The notes: a model not told the origin generated them from the letters alone. Numbered from the whole stretch's first letter, positions 18,417 to 30,800 are shown. The stretch is DNA of 63,722 nucleotides, filler included, from Candidatus Delongbacteria bacterium (GCA_016937995.1; 6 parts of 6 records of this genome joined end to end with filler, not necessarily neighbours in it), one strand, 5' to 3'. Translations and numbers: made by a program.

Positions 18417-19679
18417 ATGGCTGGTCAAACAACCATTCAAAAAATTTTGTCAAAAAGAGTCGGCAAAGAACTGCAGATCGGCGAAATAGCTTTCGTTGAA
18501 CCGGATTATATCCTTACTCATGATAATACAGCCGCTATAAAAAAGAAGCTGAAAACTTTCGGAGAAGGTGTAAAGGTAAAGTATCCTGAAAGACTTGTAG
18601 TAATAATCGATCATGTAGCGCCGGCCTCAAAAGAACAGGATGCAATCAATCATAAAGATATTAGGGAATTTGTAAAATACAACGAGATAAAGAATTTTAC
18701 AGATGTAGGACACGGTATATGCCATCAGGTTTTACCTGAAATGGGTCTGGCAAGTCCTGGAAAGATCATTGTTGGCAGTGACAGTCATACTTGTACATAT
18801 GGAGCTTTCGGAGCATTTTCAACAGGTATTGACAGAACAGAGGCTGCAGGTCTGTGGATCAGCGGTAAAACATGGTTCAAAGTCCCTAAGACTATAAAGA
18901 TCAACCTTACAGGATCTTTCTCAAAAGGTGTCTACGCAAAAGATCTGATCCTGAAAATAATCGGAGATATCGGAGCAGACGGTGCGAATTACAGATCAGT
19001 TGAATATGTCGGTGACGGAATTAAAAATCTGACAGTTTCTGAAAGAATGACTATTGCTAACATGGCTATAGAAATGGGCGGTAAATGCGCTTTCTTCCCT
19101 GTTGACGATGTACTTAAAAATCATTTACTGGCAAATAACATCAGTGAATGGGAAGCTTTTGAAGGTGACATTGATGCAGAATATGAAAGCATTTTAAATT
19201 ATGATCTGAGTAAGATCAAACCTCAAGTTGCTTTCCCTCACGCAGTTGACAACACTAAAGATATTGACGCTTTTGAAGGTCCTGTAAAATTAAATCAGGG
19301 ATTGATAGGTACTTGTACAAATGGCAGATTGGACGATCTTCAAATAGCAGCAAGTATCTTAAAAGGTAAAAAAATACATCCTGATATGAGACTGCTTGTT
19401 CTTCCTGCCTCAAGATCAATATATATGGATGCAATGAAAGACGGAACTCTGGAGATCCTTATCGAAGCTGGTGCAACAATATTACCTCCGGGTTGCGGTC
19501 CGTGTCTGGGTGCACATCAGGGTGTAATGGCTCCGGGTGAAAGAACTATTTCAACTGCAAACAGGAACTTTAAGGGCAGAATGGGAAGTAAAGAGGCTGA
19601 AATTTACCTTGCTTCACCTGCGACAGTTGCAGCAAGTGCCATAACCGGCATGATCTCAGACCCGAGAGAAGTATTATAA
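18417..19679 (+). CDS. 3-isopropylmalate dehydratase/homoaconitase large subunit (LeuC/HacA family)
   Basis: GICHQV, GSDSHTCT, IGTCTNGR, PGCGPCLG, STANRNFKGRMG. Confidence 0.93.
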   Translation: MAGQTTIQKILSKRVGKELQIGEIAFVEPDYILTHDNTAAIKKKLKTFGEGVKVKYPERLVVIIDHVAPASKEQDAINHKDIREFVKYNEIKNFTDVGHGICHQVLPEMGLASPGKIIVGSDSHTCTYGAFGAFSTGIDRTEAAGLWISGKTWFKVPKTIKINLTGSFSKGVYAKDLILKIIGDIGADGANYRSVEYVGDGIKNLTVSERMTIANMAIEMGGKCAFFPVDDVLKNHLLANNISEWEAFEGDIDAEYESILNYDLSKIKPQVAFPHAVDNTKDIDAFEGPVKLNQGLIGTCTNGRLDDLQIAASILKGKKIHPDMRLLVLPASRSIYMDAMKDGTLEILIEAGATILPPGCGPCLGAHQGVMAPGERTISTANRNFKGRMGSKEAEIYLASPATVAASAITGMISDPREVL

Positions 19680-19705
19680 TCGAGTATATTAAGTTTTAAG
19701 GAAGA

Positions 19706-22606
19706 ATGCGTAAATATATTTTCCATACAGATTTCCAGTATTCAGCCAGCAAAGATTGTTATCTTGTCTGGCTGGAGATCTTTGACGAAGAAAAGAACAT
19801 CAATAAGTTCGGTACTAAAGAAGATATTTATGAACTGTTCTTTAAGAACAGCATACCAACCTATGATACAATGAGCAGGGATTTCTATATCCCACATTAC
19901 AATAATATCAGGTTGTTAGATTCTTACGACGAAGAACTTTACCCGGATGTTAATGAAAAGTTCAATGATCTAACTTTTCTTAAAAAGTATGTTGATTGTG
20001 CTTTGGTCCCCTTTTATGACTATACCTACTTTGTCAAGCAGGTAAAGTTGATGCAAAATACTGATTATTCAATATCTAAATCCTTTAAATTTTATACCAA
20101 ATTCAATTTATTTGTAAGGAAACTTATTGAAAAAAAATATTTTATTCCCGGTTTCTACAGAGACGATGAGGATGATTATGAATTCAGCTATTATCCGTAT
20201 TTCACCAGACAGATAAAAGAAATGCTTAAAATATTCGTTGATAATATTCCAATGATCTCTATACTTGATAATGGTAGGATTGAAGATAGAGTGGAATTCA
20301 TAAATAACTTACTCCGTTCACAAATGAATTCAATTATTCAGTTCTTGCTTACTAAGGGTGATGCTTCAGAGTATGTTGACAGAATATTGAGATCGAGCAA
20401 TCTGGCACATCTGGTAATTAAAAATGATAATGTTAAGATATGTGATTATAATTTTGATGAGTGGAAGAACTGGGTATCAACGATAACATCAAACTACAAA
20501 TTTGTATTGAATTTCAGTAATACCGGCGACCAATGCTGGAGAATAAATTACGGACTGCTTAATGATGACAGTGTGATCTCTGCAAAAGATATCTACGAGG
20601 GAGATGAAAAATTGAAACGTTTCTTTGTTTCTGAATTGATCAGAGCATCCCAGTTTACGCAGTATATAAAAGATTCATTGCTTTCTCCAAAGCCGGAATA
20701 TGTTGACCTTACAGAACAGGAACTGCTTAAATTCTTAAAGTATGATTCTATTGATCTGAAAGAGAACAGAATTGTGATCCTCTATCCTAAATTTTATAAG
20801 GGAATTAAAAAATTAAGTGCAAAAGTAACTTTCCAGAGAAGAACATTATCCTCCTTGTCTAAAGGTATCATGTCTAATCTCATTCTCGATTTTAGATGGA
20901 AGCTCTTTGCAGGTAAAAAAGAGATAGAAAAGCAAAGAATTGAAGAGCTTTTATCCCAAAACAGAGAGTTCGTAAAAATAGATGATGAATACATTGAACT
21001 TGATCTTCAATCTTTGAAAAGGATAATAAAAGAGCTGAAAAATGAAGAAGAAAGATTTGAGAACGGGATATCGTTCTTTGAGGCACTTAATTATGATATC
21101 TCCGATGATTTTGAAGTCGATAAGACACATTTACTTGAAAGTATAATGAACAAAGAATCGTCTGACACCGTTTTTAAGATCGATTCAAACATTGAAGGAT
21201 TTAACGGCAAATTAAGAAAATATCAGGAAGATGGAGTTTCATTTATAAAATTCCTTGATAATATGGGACTCGGTGTGATTTTGGCTGATGATATGGGACT
21301 TGGGAAGACGATCCAGATCATTGCTTTACTATTGCTTAAGAACCCTCAAAAACCTGTCCTGATAGTTACTCCAACTACATTGTTATACAACTGGGAGCTC
21401 GAGATCAAGAAGTTCTCACCTTCCTTAAAACCGTATCTTCATTACGGTGTGAATCGAAGAAAAGATATTAATAACATAATCAAGGATTATAATATTATTT
21501 TATGCAGCTACGGTGTTATAAAACGTGATCTTGATGTGTTCCTTAAATATTCTTTTGACTCAATCATTATTGATGAGGCTCAATACATAAAGAACCCATT
21601 GAGCGATCAGGCTAAAGCCGTTAAAAAACTCGTAGGTGACAACAGATTCGCTTTAACAGGAACACCTATAGAAAACAGGCTTATGGAACTTTGGTCTATC
21701 ATGGATTTTGTTAATCCCGGTTTACTTTTAGATTCGAATAATTTCATGACAAAGTATGAAATACCTATCATGAAAAACGATGATGAAATAAAGAAGAAGC
21801 AACTTTATGGAGTAATATCACCGTTTGTGCTGAGAAGAATGAAAACAGATAAGAATATCATCCAGGACCTTCCTGAAAAACAGGAAACAAAGATATACTT
21901 ACCTCTTACCGATGAGCAGATATTACTATATGATCAGGAAATAAAAAATGTAGAAAAAGAATTTACCACCGGTAGTAAGCTTAAGTCAAAAATGAATATG
22001 CTTGCAGTCATTACCAGATTAAAACAGATCTGTAATCATCCTGTAAATTATTTAAAGGACAATTCAAACGATCTGTTCGGGAGATCATCAAAGCTTGATT
22101 CACTTAGACAAATGATAAAGACTATAGATCAGGAAGAAAGAAAAACACTTGTCTTCACACAATTCGTAGAATCCGGTAAGATGATAAAGAAACATTTAGA
22201 AGAATCTCTTGGAAAAGATATACTTTTTTTTCATGGTAGTTTAAACTTGCAAAAAAGAAAGGAAATGATAGCAAAATTTGAAAATGACAATAATATACCT
22301 GCTATGGTGCTTTCATTAAGAGCAGGTGGATTGGGATTGAACCTGACGGCTGCAAATTATGTTTTTCATTATGACAGATGGTGGAATCCGGCAGTTGAAA
22401 ATCAGGCAGTTGATAGAGTTCACAGGATAGGTCAGACAAGAAATACATTCGTGTATAAGTTCATTACAAAGGATACTCTTGAAGAAAGGATCGATGAACT
22501 GATAGAGTCAAAGATCAAACTTTCCGACGGGATAATTCCTAAAGGTGAAAGTATAATATCTGAACTGTCTGAAAAAGAATTTATGAAATTAATCAAAAGG
22601 ATATAG
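19706..22606 (+). CDS. SNF2-family helicase/ATPase
   Basis: LADDMGLGKT, DEAQ, LTGTPIEN, GGLGLNLT, WWNPAVENQAVDRVHRIGQ. Confidence 0.95.
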   Translation: MRKYIFHTDFQYSASKDCYLVWLEIFDEEKNINKFGTKEDIYELFFKNSIPTYDTMSRDFYIPHYNNIRLLDSYDEELYPDVNEKFNDLTFLKKYVDCALVPFYDYTYFVKQVKLMQNTDYSISKSFKFYTKFNLFVRKLIEKKYFIPGFYRDDEDDYEFSYYPYFTRQIKEMLKIFVDNIPMISILDNGRIEDRVEFINNLLRSQMNSIIQFLLTKGDASEYVDRILRSSNLAHLVIKNDNVKICDYNFDEWKNWVSTITSNYKFVLNFSNTGDQCWRINYGLLNDDSVISAKDIYEGDEKLKRFFVSELIRASQFTQYIKDSLLSPKPEYVDLTEQELLKFLKYDSIDLKENRIVILYPKFYKGIKKLSAKVTFQRRTLSSLSKGIMSNLILDFRWKLFAGKKEIEKQRIEELLSQNREFVKIDDEYIELDLQSLKRIIKELKNEEERFENGISFFEALNYDISDDFEVDKTHLLESIMNKESSDTVFKIDSNIEGFNGKLRKYQEDGVSFIKFLDNMGLGVILADDMGLGKTIQIIALLLLKNPQKPVLIVTPTTLLYNWELEIKKFSPSLKPYLHYGVNRRKDINNIIKDYNIILCSYGVIKRDLDVFLKYSFDSIIIDEAQYIKNPLSDQAKAVKKLVGDNRFALTGTPIENRLMELWSIMDFVNPGLLLDSNNFMTKYEIPIMKNDDEIKKKQLYGVISPFVLRRMKTDKNIIQDLPEKQETKIYLPLTDEQILLYDQEIKNVEKEFTTGSKLKSKMNMLAVITRLKQICNHPVNYLKDNSNDLFGRSSKLDSLRQMIKTIDQEERKTLVFTQFVESGKMIKKHLEESLGKDILFFHGSLNLQKRKEMIAKFENDNNIPAMVLSLRAGGLGLNLTAANYVFHYDRWWNPAVENQAVDRVHRIGQTRNTFVYKFITKDTLEERIDELIESKIKLSDGIIPKGESIISELSEKEFMKLIKRI

Positions 22607-23406
22607 TGATTTTGGATTTTGATCAAGAAAACAACAGCGTTGACAATCATTCACATATATGGTGGCATGATGCTATTTATCAAAAATTTTATGAGAACAG
22701 TAATATAACCAAGTTCAATCTTGGTAGAAAATTGTTCAATAAGAGAGCAATCACTTATTTTGAAATTGATGAAGCATGTGTAGAAGCTGTTGTGTTTGAC
22801 GGGAAAAAGGGATATTATGAAGTTACAATAGAATTTAAACCTATTGCAGGTATTTTACGTGAAAAACTGATCGAACTTATTAAGGACAGAATGGATAATG
22901 TTCTTGATATAATAAATGGAAAATTTTCTAAAGAATTTTACGATGAGATGAAGGATATTGGTATCGACATATTCCCTGGCTGGGCTAATTTTACATACAG
23001 ATGTACATGTAAAAAATCAAAAAAATGTGACCATGTTGCAACAGTTCTTCACAGAATTATTAATGAGGTTACTTTCAATCCTATCCTGATCTTTGCATTA
23101 AGAGGTATCTCAATTGAAAATATTTATCAGATCATACTTGATGATGAAGATTTTGAGATGGAGGATATTGAACTTCCTGAAGAATTAACACCTGAATTCT
23201 ATTCTGTAGGTAGTTCACCACACGATGAGACAGCTATCACTCCAAATGAATACTACGGAACTGAAATTAATTTATCAATGCTGGATGATATAAAAGAATC
23301 TTATTTGAAATATTCTCAGGTTTACCACGGTAAGATCCGTGATGAATTCTATGATATTTATAAAAACATTACGAAATACCTTAAAGTAAATATTAAAAAA
23401 TTTTAA
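22606..23406 (+). CDS. SWIM zinc-finger protein
   Basis: CTCKKSKKCDH (CxC...CxH), IFALRG; GTG start overlaps the SNF2 stop. Confidence 0.85.
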   Translation: MILDFDQENNSVDNHSHIWWHDAIYQKFYENSNITKFNLGRKLFNKRAITYFEIDEACVEAVVFDGKKGYYEVTIEFKPIAGILREKLIELIKDRMDNVLDIINGKFSKEFYDEMKDIGIDIFPGWANFTYRCTCKKSKKCDHVATVLHRIINEVTFNPILIFALRGISIENIYQIILDDEDFEMEDIELPEELTPEFYSVGSSPHDETAITPNEYYGTEINLSMLDDIKESYLKYSQVYHGKIRDEFYDIYKNITKYLKVNIKKF

Positions 23407-23417
23407 AGGAGTATTAA

Positions 23418-23894
23418 ATGGCTATTTTCTATTACGATCAGAATGATATTAACACTGATCTTCTTTTCCCTGGAAAATACACTTACGGTTCAACTGAACC
23501 TGACTTCATCAAGGAACATCTTTTTGAGGACCTTGATCCTGAATTTTCAAAGAAAGTTCAAGCAGGAGACATTGTTGTTGCAGGATCGAACTTTGGTTGT
23601 GGTTCGAGTAGAGAACATCCTGCTCTCGGAATGAAACTTGTCGGAGTTAAGGCTGTAATCGCAAAATCATTCTCAAGGATATTCTACAGAAGTGCGACTA
23701 ATCAGGGATTACTTTTGCTTGAATTACCGGAGCTTGTTGATTTCTATGAAGAGGGTATGGATGTAAAGGTTGATGCTTTAAAAGGAGAAGTTGAAGCTGG
23801 CGGTAAGGTGTTTAACTTTCCTCCACTTCCTACTGAAATGCAGAACATCATAGATGACGGTGGATTGCTGGAACATCTGAAGAAAACGTATTAA
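23418..23894 (+). CDS. 3-isopropylmalate dehydratase/homoaconitase small subunit (LeuD/HacB family)
   Basis: DINTD..FPGKY, NFGCGSSREH, SFSRIFYR. Confidence 0.93.
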   Translation: MAIFYYDQNDINTDLLFPGKYTYGSTEPDFIKEHLFEDLDPEFSKKVQAGDIVVAGSNFGCGSSREHPALGMKLVGVKAVIAKSFSRIFYRSATNQGLLLLELPELVDFYEEGMDVKVDALKGEVEAGGKVFNFPPLPTEMQNIIDDGGLLEHLKKTY

Positions 23895-23945
23895 ATAAAT
23901 TCAGTCTGAGTTTATCAAAGACTAAGTCTGAATCGAATAACAATT

Positions 23946-23980
23946 AAAAAAGGTGATCAAAACTGATCACCTTTTTCTTT
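23946..23980. terminator. Intrinsic terminator
   Basis: AAAAAGGTGATCA-aaac-TGATCACCTTTTT. Confidence 0.85.
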
Positions 23981-24088
23981 TCCCTCCCCATTTTATAAGA
24001 TACTATTTTAAGTTTGTATCAAATGATACCAAAGGTTAACTTTAATAAAAATCTGGAGGTATCATGGAACGGAATTCGTTGGAAAGGC

Positions 24089-24188
24089 NNNNNNNNNNNN
24101 NNNNNNNNNNNNNNNNNNNNNNNNNNNNNNNNTTAATTAATTAANNNNNNNNNNNNNNNNNNNNNNNNNNNNNNNNNNNNNNNNNNNN
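24089..24188. other. Artificial contig linker
   Basis: N44-TTAATTAATTAA-N44. Confidence 0.99.
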
Positions 24189-24548
24189 CAGTTAAATGAT
24201 GAAACTTATAAATATCAGTGGTATACTGCTAAAGTTTTTGCAGCATGGGATTACACAAAAAAGATCAATTTTAACGGTACAATTGGTATGAAGTATGGTG
24301 AAACTGGTGAGCAGACAGATGATCCTGATTATAATCCACGTAATAATCTTGCAGGGTCTACAACCTGGTTCATGATCGAAGGTGAAGTGAACTACTATGT
24401 AAAACCCGATATAAGTGTGTTCTTTGGTTTTGCTGGAGAAAGCTTGTTATTTGCTATTCAGGAACAAGATGAATGGCAGAGAAATGCTTCTGAGCTTAAT
24501 ATAAGACTTGGAGCAACATACCAATTGAACTTTATAAATGAATATTAG
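24189..24548 (+). CDS. 3' fragment of a probable outer-membrane beta-barrel protein
   Basis: Amphipathic beta strands ending LNIRLGATYQLNF; truncated by contig start. Confidence 0.55.
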   Translation, partial: QLNDETYKYQWYTAKVFAAWDYTKKINFNGTIGMKYGETGEQTDDPDYNPRNNLAGSTTWFMIEGEVNYYVKPDISVFFGFAGESLLFAIQEQDEWQRNASELNIRLGATYQLNFINEY

Positions 24549-24563
24549 CAGTATAAATTCTAC

Positions 24564-24596
24564 AAAAAAGGCGATCTGAATTGATCGCCTTTTTTT
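24564..24596 (+). terminator. Intrinsic terminator
   Basis: AAAAAAGGCGATC-tgaatt-GATCGCCTTTTTTT. Confidence 0.85.
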
Positions 24597-24806
24597 GTAT
24601 TTATTTTGACAGATATTGTGCTTAACATTGTTTTAAATAAATTTAAATACTCCACCCTTGACAATGTATATTTCATTTATTAACTTCATTAACCATGGCA
24701 GAACAACTAAATAAAACAATATACATATACAATTTTTTAATTGAGTTTTATCGTAATAAAATTATCTGGTTTGTTATAGTCATCTTGACAATAAAAGGAA
24801 AATCTA

Positions 24807-25217
24807 ATGATTGAAGCATTACTAAGACAAAAAACAGATAATATTTTTATCCAACTTATAAGATATACATTCGTAGGCGGTTTCGCATTTTTTTTCGATT
24901 TTTCAGCTCTTTTCATTTTAACCGAATATTGTGAAATGCATTATTTATTTTCAGCTGTATTTGCCTTCCTTATCGGATTATTAATAAATTATAAGATCAG
25001 CATTTTATGGGTTTTTAAAAATAGAAATCTTAAATCTAAACATAATGAATTACTTGTATTCGCTTTTATCGGTCTAGTCGGGCTAATATTAAATGAGTTT
25101 TTTATTTGGTTCTTTACTGAAAAACTTAATAATTATTATATGATTTCAAAATCCATTTCTGCTATTTTGGTATATTTATGGAATTTCTTTGTTAGAAAAT
25201 TTACTTTATTTCGATAG
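24807..25217 (+). CDS. GtrA-family flippase-like membrane protein
   Basis: [10 protein letters not shown], four TM segments, WNFFVRKF. Confidence 0.9.
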   Translation: MIEALLRQKTDNIFIQLIRYTFVGGFAFFFDFSALFILTEYCEMHYLFSAVFAFLIGLLINYKISILWVFKNRNLKSKHNELLVFAFIGLVGLILNEFFIWFFTEKLNNYYMISKSISAILVYLWNFFVRKFTLFR

Positions 25218-25224
25218 GAAAAGT

Positions 25225-26799
25225 ATGACACAAAAAACTGCAATTATTATAGGTGCAGGCCCGGCAGGTCTTACCGCTGCATATGAACTCTTAAAGAGAA
25301 CAACAATAAAACCTATAATTTTTGAAAAATCATTTGATGTAGGTGGAATCTCAAAAACAGTCAATTACAAAGGCAACAGGATTGATATTGGTGGTCATAG
25401 ATTTTTTTCTAAGTCTGATCGTATAACGAATTGGTGGCAAAATATATTACCTTTGGCAGGAAAACCTGCATGGGATGACATAATCCTTAGCCGATCTGTT
25501 GTATTATCAGAATCTGAAAGTGCACCTGATCCAGAATCAACAGATCTTGTCATGCTAACAAGAAACCGCCTATCCAGAATATTTTTTCTGAGATCATTCT
25601 TTGATTACCCGATATCTTTGAAATGGCATACCTTTAATAATCTTGGTGTAATAAAAGTCATAAAAATCGGATTCAGTTATATCAAGTATAAGTTGTTTCC
25701 AATCAGAAATGAGAAGACTCTGGAAGATTTTTTCATTAATAGATTTGGTAAAATACTTTATCTACTTTTTTTTAAAGATTATACAGAAAAAGTATGGGGT
25801 GTACCTTGCAGTAAGATAAAGCCTGAATGGGGTGCGCAACGAATTAAAGAGCTATCTTTGAAAAAAGCAGTCTTACATGCTTTCAAGAATATATTTTTTA
25901 AAGGCAGTTCAGTTTCTCCGAAGAATATTGAGACAACATTGATCGAACAGTTCACTTACCCGAAACTGGGTCCGGGGCAGTTATGGGAAGAAGTTGCTAG
26001 CCAGATTATTTCCATGGGTGGTGAAATATACTTTGATCATACTGTTATAGGACTAAATATTTTAGATAACACGGTTAAAAGCGTTCTGATTAAAAATAAC
26101 TCTGTTGGAGATGAAAAGGAAATTTACGCAGATTTTGCTTTTTCTACAATGCCTGTCAAGGAGCTTATCAAAGGGATTTACCCTCCTTCTCCAATAGAAG
26201 TTATGCAGATCTCTGAAGGTTTGATATACAGAGATTTTATTACCGTTGGTGTTCTATTGAAAAGAATGAAGATCAAAAATGAAACTAATATCCCAACAAT
26301 AAATAACATTATTCCTGATAATTGGATATATGTTCAGGAAAGAGATGTAAAACTCGGTAGAATTCAGGTTTTCAATAACTGGAGTCCATATCTTTTAAAA
26401 GATCCTGATAATATTTGGTTAGGGCTGGAATATTTCTGCAATGAAGGTGATGAACTCTGGAGTAAATCTGACAGCGATTTTGCAAGTTTTGCCATTGCAG
26501 AACTTGAAAAAATTGATATTATATCAAAAGATGATGTACTTGATTCTACTGTAATTAGAATGCCCAAAACTTATCCTGCTTATTTTGGCACTTATGATCA
26601 ATTTGATATCGTTAAAGATTATACAGATAAAGTTGGCAATCTTTTTTTAATCGGCAGAAATGGAATGCATAAATACAATAATGCTGATCACTCAATGTTA
26701 TCAGCTATGGTCTCTGTAGATAATATTGTTGCTAGCGTGGATTCAAAAGAAAATATTTGGGCAGTTAACACTGAGAATGAGTATCATGAAACTAAATAA
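25225..26799 (+). CDS. FAD-dependent oxidoreductase (UDP-galactopyranose mutase / protoporphyrinogen oxidase-like superfamily)
   Basis: [39 protein letters not shown]. Confidence 0.85.
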   Translation: MTQKTAIIIGAGPAGLTAAYELLKRTTIKPIIFEKSFDVGGISKTVNYKGNRIDIGGHRFFSKSDRITNWWQNILPLAGKPAWDDIILSRSVVLSESESAPDPESTDLVMLTRNRLSRIFFLRSFFDYPISLKWHTFNNLGVIKVIKIGFSYIKYKLFPIRNEKTLEDFFINRFGKILYLLFFKDYTEKVWGVPCSKIKPEWGAQRIKELSLKKAVLHAFKNIFFKGSSVSPKNIETTLIEQFTYPKLGPGQLWEEVASQIISMGGEIYFDHTVIGLNILDNTVKSVLIKNNSVGDEKEIYADFAFSTMPVKELIKGIYPPSPIEVMQISEGLIYRDFITVGVLLKRMKIKNETNIPTINNIIPDNWIYVQERDVKLGRIQVFNNWSPYLLKDPDNIWLGLEYFCNEGDELWSKSDSDFASFAIAELEKIDIISKDDVLDSTVIRMPKTYPAYFGTYDQFDIVKDYTDKVGNLFLIGRNGMHKYNNADHSMLSAMVSVDNIVASVDSKENIWAVNTENEYHETK

Positions 26800-27760
26800 T
26801 ATCCTGTCTATTCAAAAAAATAAAAAACATAAAACATTTATACGAATGATATGTGTATGGATTGCATTGTTATTTGGTTATTATTATGTTCGATTTATTT
26901 CAAATCCGAACTTGGAACCAAGGGAAAATTTGATCCCGGAAATAATTAATGGAACTGCAAAGATTGACTACATTTACAGTATGTATATCATGGTTAAATG
27001 TTATTTAATTTTGAAATCAATTGGTATTTCAAGCTCTTTAAGTTTTGCATTAATTGACTTTGCAGGTATTTCTTTTTTAGTTTTCTCTGCTTATTGGTTT
27101 TTAAAAGAGTATACCGATAGGTTTTCAAGTCAAATTTTAGCAATTCTATGGTTACTCGGAACAACTCCATTGCTTTTTAAGAGACATTTCTATCATCCAT
27201 CAGATTTTTATGGTGTTGGCATAATGTTTTTTATTTTATTGACCGGAATGAAAGAAAAATATATCAAGGTTGCTTGTTTGTGCTTTTTATCAGGCTTTTT
27301 ATGGGAAAAAGCAATATTTGTACCAGTTATACTATTTATTTACTACGTTTTCAAAAATGGATTGAAAAATGCTTCAATTATATCTCTCCCTATTGTAATT
27401 GGGACATTAATACCTTTCTTAACTTGGCGATATCTATTTTTTAAATCCTCTAGAATTTTAGCGTTCTCATCTTGGGATAATTTTTTTTCTACAATTCCAA
27501 GTGCTTCAATTGAGTGGTTTATATGGACTAGTCCAATAATAGTGATTTTTTACGATATTATTGCGAATAAACGTAATATAAAAATGTACTGGTTTGTATG
27601 GATGATATATTTGCCTCTAATCTTGTCTGTTTATTTTATTTATAAAGGTATACTGATTGAATTGAGATCTTTTTGGATCCTTCAACCAATTTTTATGGGT
27701 ATTATTGTTAATTGGGCGGATGTTACCTTCAGCAAGATTGATAAAATAAATGAAACTTAA
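26786..27760 (+). CDS. Polytopic membrane protein, possibly a GT-C glycosyltransferase
   Basis: Many hydrophobic segments; operonic with GtrA and the oxidoreductase. Confidence 0.55.
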   Translation: MKLNNILSIQKNKKHKTFIRMICVWIALLFGYYYVRFISNPNLEPRENLIPEIINGTAKIDYIYSMYIMVKCYLILKSIGISSSLSFALIDFAGISFLVFSAYWFLKEYTDRFSSQILAILWLLGTTPLLFKRHFYHPSDFYGVGIMFFILLTGMKEKYIKVACLCFLSGFLWEKAIFVPVILFIYYVFKNGLKNASIISLPIVIGTLIPFLTWRYLFFKSSRILAFSSWDNFFSTIPSASIEWFIWTSPIIVIFYDIIANKRNIKMYWFVWMIYLPLILSVYFIYKGILIELRSFWILQPIFMGIIVNWADVTFSKIDKINET

Positions 27761-27813
27761 CCTATTAGTAATATCTGTTAGAATATTTATATTGAATTAT
27801 AATTTATAATATA

Positions 27814-30800
27814 TTAATATTTGATCGCAATAACATAATAGAATTTTTTAGTATCAGTTATATTATATACCGTATAATTCTCATCACTCGTTTCATCCAA
27901 AAGTACAAATCCGGAATATGGATCATCTGATATGAATATCTTGTAACTTGTTGCAGTTGCCACTTGATCCCAGTATATCACAAGGTCATTACCGCTTTGT
28001 ACTGTCGAAATATTACCGGGAACTCCTAATACTACACTAAAGAGTCCTGAATTATACTGGTCACCTCTGAATTTATCGTAAGTATCTATCCTTGTAGTAT
28101 TAGTGGGATAATCATACACCAGCATTACTCCATTATTAGTACCTACCGCAAATTCAAGATCATTATCACCATCAAGATCCATTATTGGTAGCGCGGTCAT
28201 CTCGGTTCTGCCGATATCTTCTACTTGTATAGGAAATCCTTTTATTAAAGATCCCGATGATCCTGAATAACACCAAATTCTAAAATTCGCATCCATGAAT
28301 AAAACATCTAATACTGTATCTCCGTCAAGATCACCAAAAGAAGGTGCAGAAGAATTATTTGTTTCTATTCTGGAGTCCAGATCAATTGGAAAATTGTTTC
28401 TTGAATTAAATTGGTTATCATAGATGTAAAGTTTAGAGGAAGTTAGTGCAACTATATCAGGCGTTAAATCTCCATCAATATCGGGAAATGATACTGGTGG
28501 AAGCAGATCAGAAAATGCTGAAGATTTCATGCTGATTGAAATACCTCCTGAAATACTTAATATCTCTCCTAATGTAGAACCGTCAAATCTATATCCGAAA
28601 AGTTTTCCTGTATTACCCATGCTTTCAGAAATTGCGAATACTTCAATTTGGCCATCATCATCTATGTCACAGTATGACAATGCCGTTTGAATTCCAGTAG
28701 ATAATCCATATGTTGTTATATGGGAAAGATCTGAAGAGCTATATATTTCTATTTTATTGTAGCAATCAGCGATTATCTCTTTGATACCATTGTTGTCTAG
28801 ATCTATTAGAGAAGGAGTATGTGTATAATACTGACCATAAGCTGAAATTAATGGAAATCCTGAAACCATTTCCAGAGTTCCATTTACATAATCAAGCATG
28901 TAAAAGTATGCTCCCTTTGGATCACCTGCAATATTTCCATTAAAACATGATATCATTATTTCCAACTCCGGGTCCTCATCGTACTGCACAAGAACGGGTG
29001 TCGTTTCCATAAAATATCCATATACTTTCTTTGATGCTATCTTATTTCCCGTTGTAAGATCTACTACTTTTACCTGAACACTATCACCTACATTCCTCAA
29101 ATAATTTACAATATTATTTGCTCCGTCCCCATTAACATCTCCAATTGCATATCCTTGTTGTAACGCTGTTGAAAACCCTTGAACTTCAGATTCATGTATA
29201 ATACCTGTTCCATTTATCAATGACCCATCCTTATTAATTCCAGATACAGATGAATTTATCAGGTTCGCAATTAGTTTGTTATCAACAAACATCGGATTAT
29301 ACATTTCATACTGATTTATTTTAAATTCCTTCCCTGTATACAATGGGATGAAATTTATTTCTTTAACAGGGGAGTAGATAAATTCCACATTGTTTGTATC
29401 CAAAAGAGCAACTTGGACATACAAATTCGAAACTTGATCGTCGTAAAATGTGTAACTTGAAGTATTCAAAGATTCAAAATTTTTCAATACCGGATCAGTA
29501 AAATTAATATCTGTATCAATGTACACATTGTATTTAAAATCTCCTGAAAGATCATGGGTCCATTGTAAATTGACTCTCCCTGGCGAATAATCTGTATTTA
29601 AAGTAATATTACCTGATCCGGAAGTATAGGCTTTAAAATCAGATGTATCGTAAGTATATTCATCATTAATAACAATTTCAAATTTATATATTTTTGTTGA
29701 GTCTGCTGCAAATACCAGAGTATCATTTTTTACAACGGATAAACCTGAGACGTTATATAATGTTTTTGTACCTTTAATGGAAGTTTCATCTTCTTTAATT
29801 ATCTCAAGCAAAGAAATTTGAACCTTGTTTATTAATCCTTGAGAGTCGTTAATAAATGTAGGCAAAATATTATTCCCTGTAAATGAAACTGACTGCAATT
29901 TCAAAACCGGATCTGAGTAAGGTATATAAATATCCTTCTGCAATAATAATGAACCTCCATCGATCTGGAAATTCAATTTTACTTTGAGTGAAGAATCCGG
30001 CTTTGCTTTAGTTAAAGGATCATATACAATATCAAAAACTGAGATGTTTGTTAAATCATTCAAGGCCGGAATTGCTATTTTCATACTATCATTTATAAAA
30101 TTAAAATTTTCATCATTATTTTGTGAAAGATAAACTATCAGAGAATCGTGATTAAGCTCGTTCAAACTTACATTAACATCGAAATTCAAAGCGAAATGAT
30201 CTCCTGATTCGCAAATATCGGTGTTGTTATCATCATCGATACCAAGATTTGTTATCTCTATTTCAGTGTCATTGTTATCATATACTTTGTAACCCTTTTC
30301 CTTCAGATAACACTCCTGAGAGTGATAATATACATAAACACTGTCAGTAAAAAGATTTTCATAGTCTAATCTGAAAGACTGATTTGATGTAGTTGTTTTA
30401 GAAATAATTTCTCCATCAGCTATCAAAGTTATTTCAACAGGTTCAATTGGGACCATATTAAATATACCGTTTACATATCCACTTCCTTTTTTGAATTGAT
30501 TAATACCAAGGATACCAATATTTCTTGGTTCTCTTAGAAATAACTTATTGGAAGGATCTCCTTGAATATTATAGCATTGAACTTGGTATCTTCCTACTGG
30601 ATTTCTGTTTAGATCACCGTAAATAAGCAGATTTGACAAGGTGATACTCTCTCCCATATCTTTACCTTTAAATATATGGTTAAAAAATACAGAATGCATA
30701 TTTATGGAAGCAGCAGGATATTCTTCTGCAGATGAACCTATATAATTAATGCAACCTCCGCTAGGATTAATCATAGCTTTTTGCGAAAGCCCTGAATATG

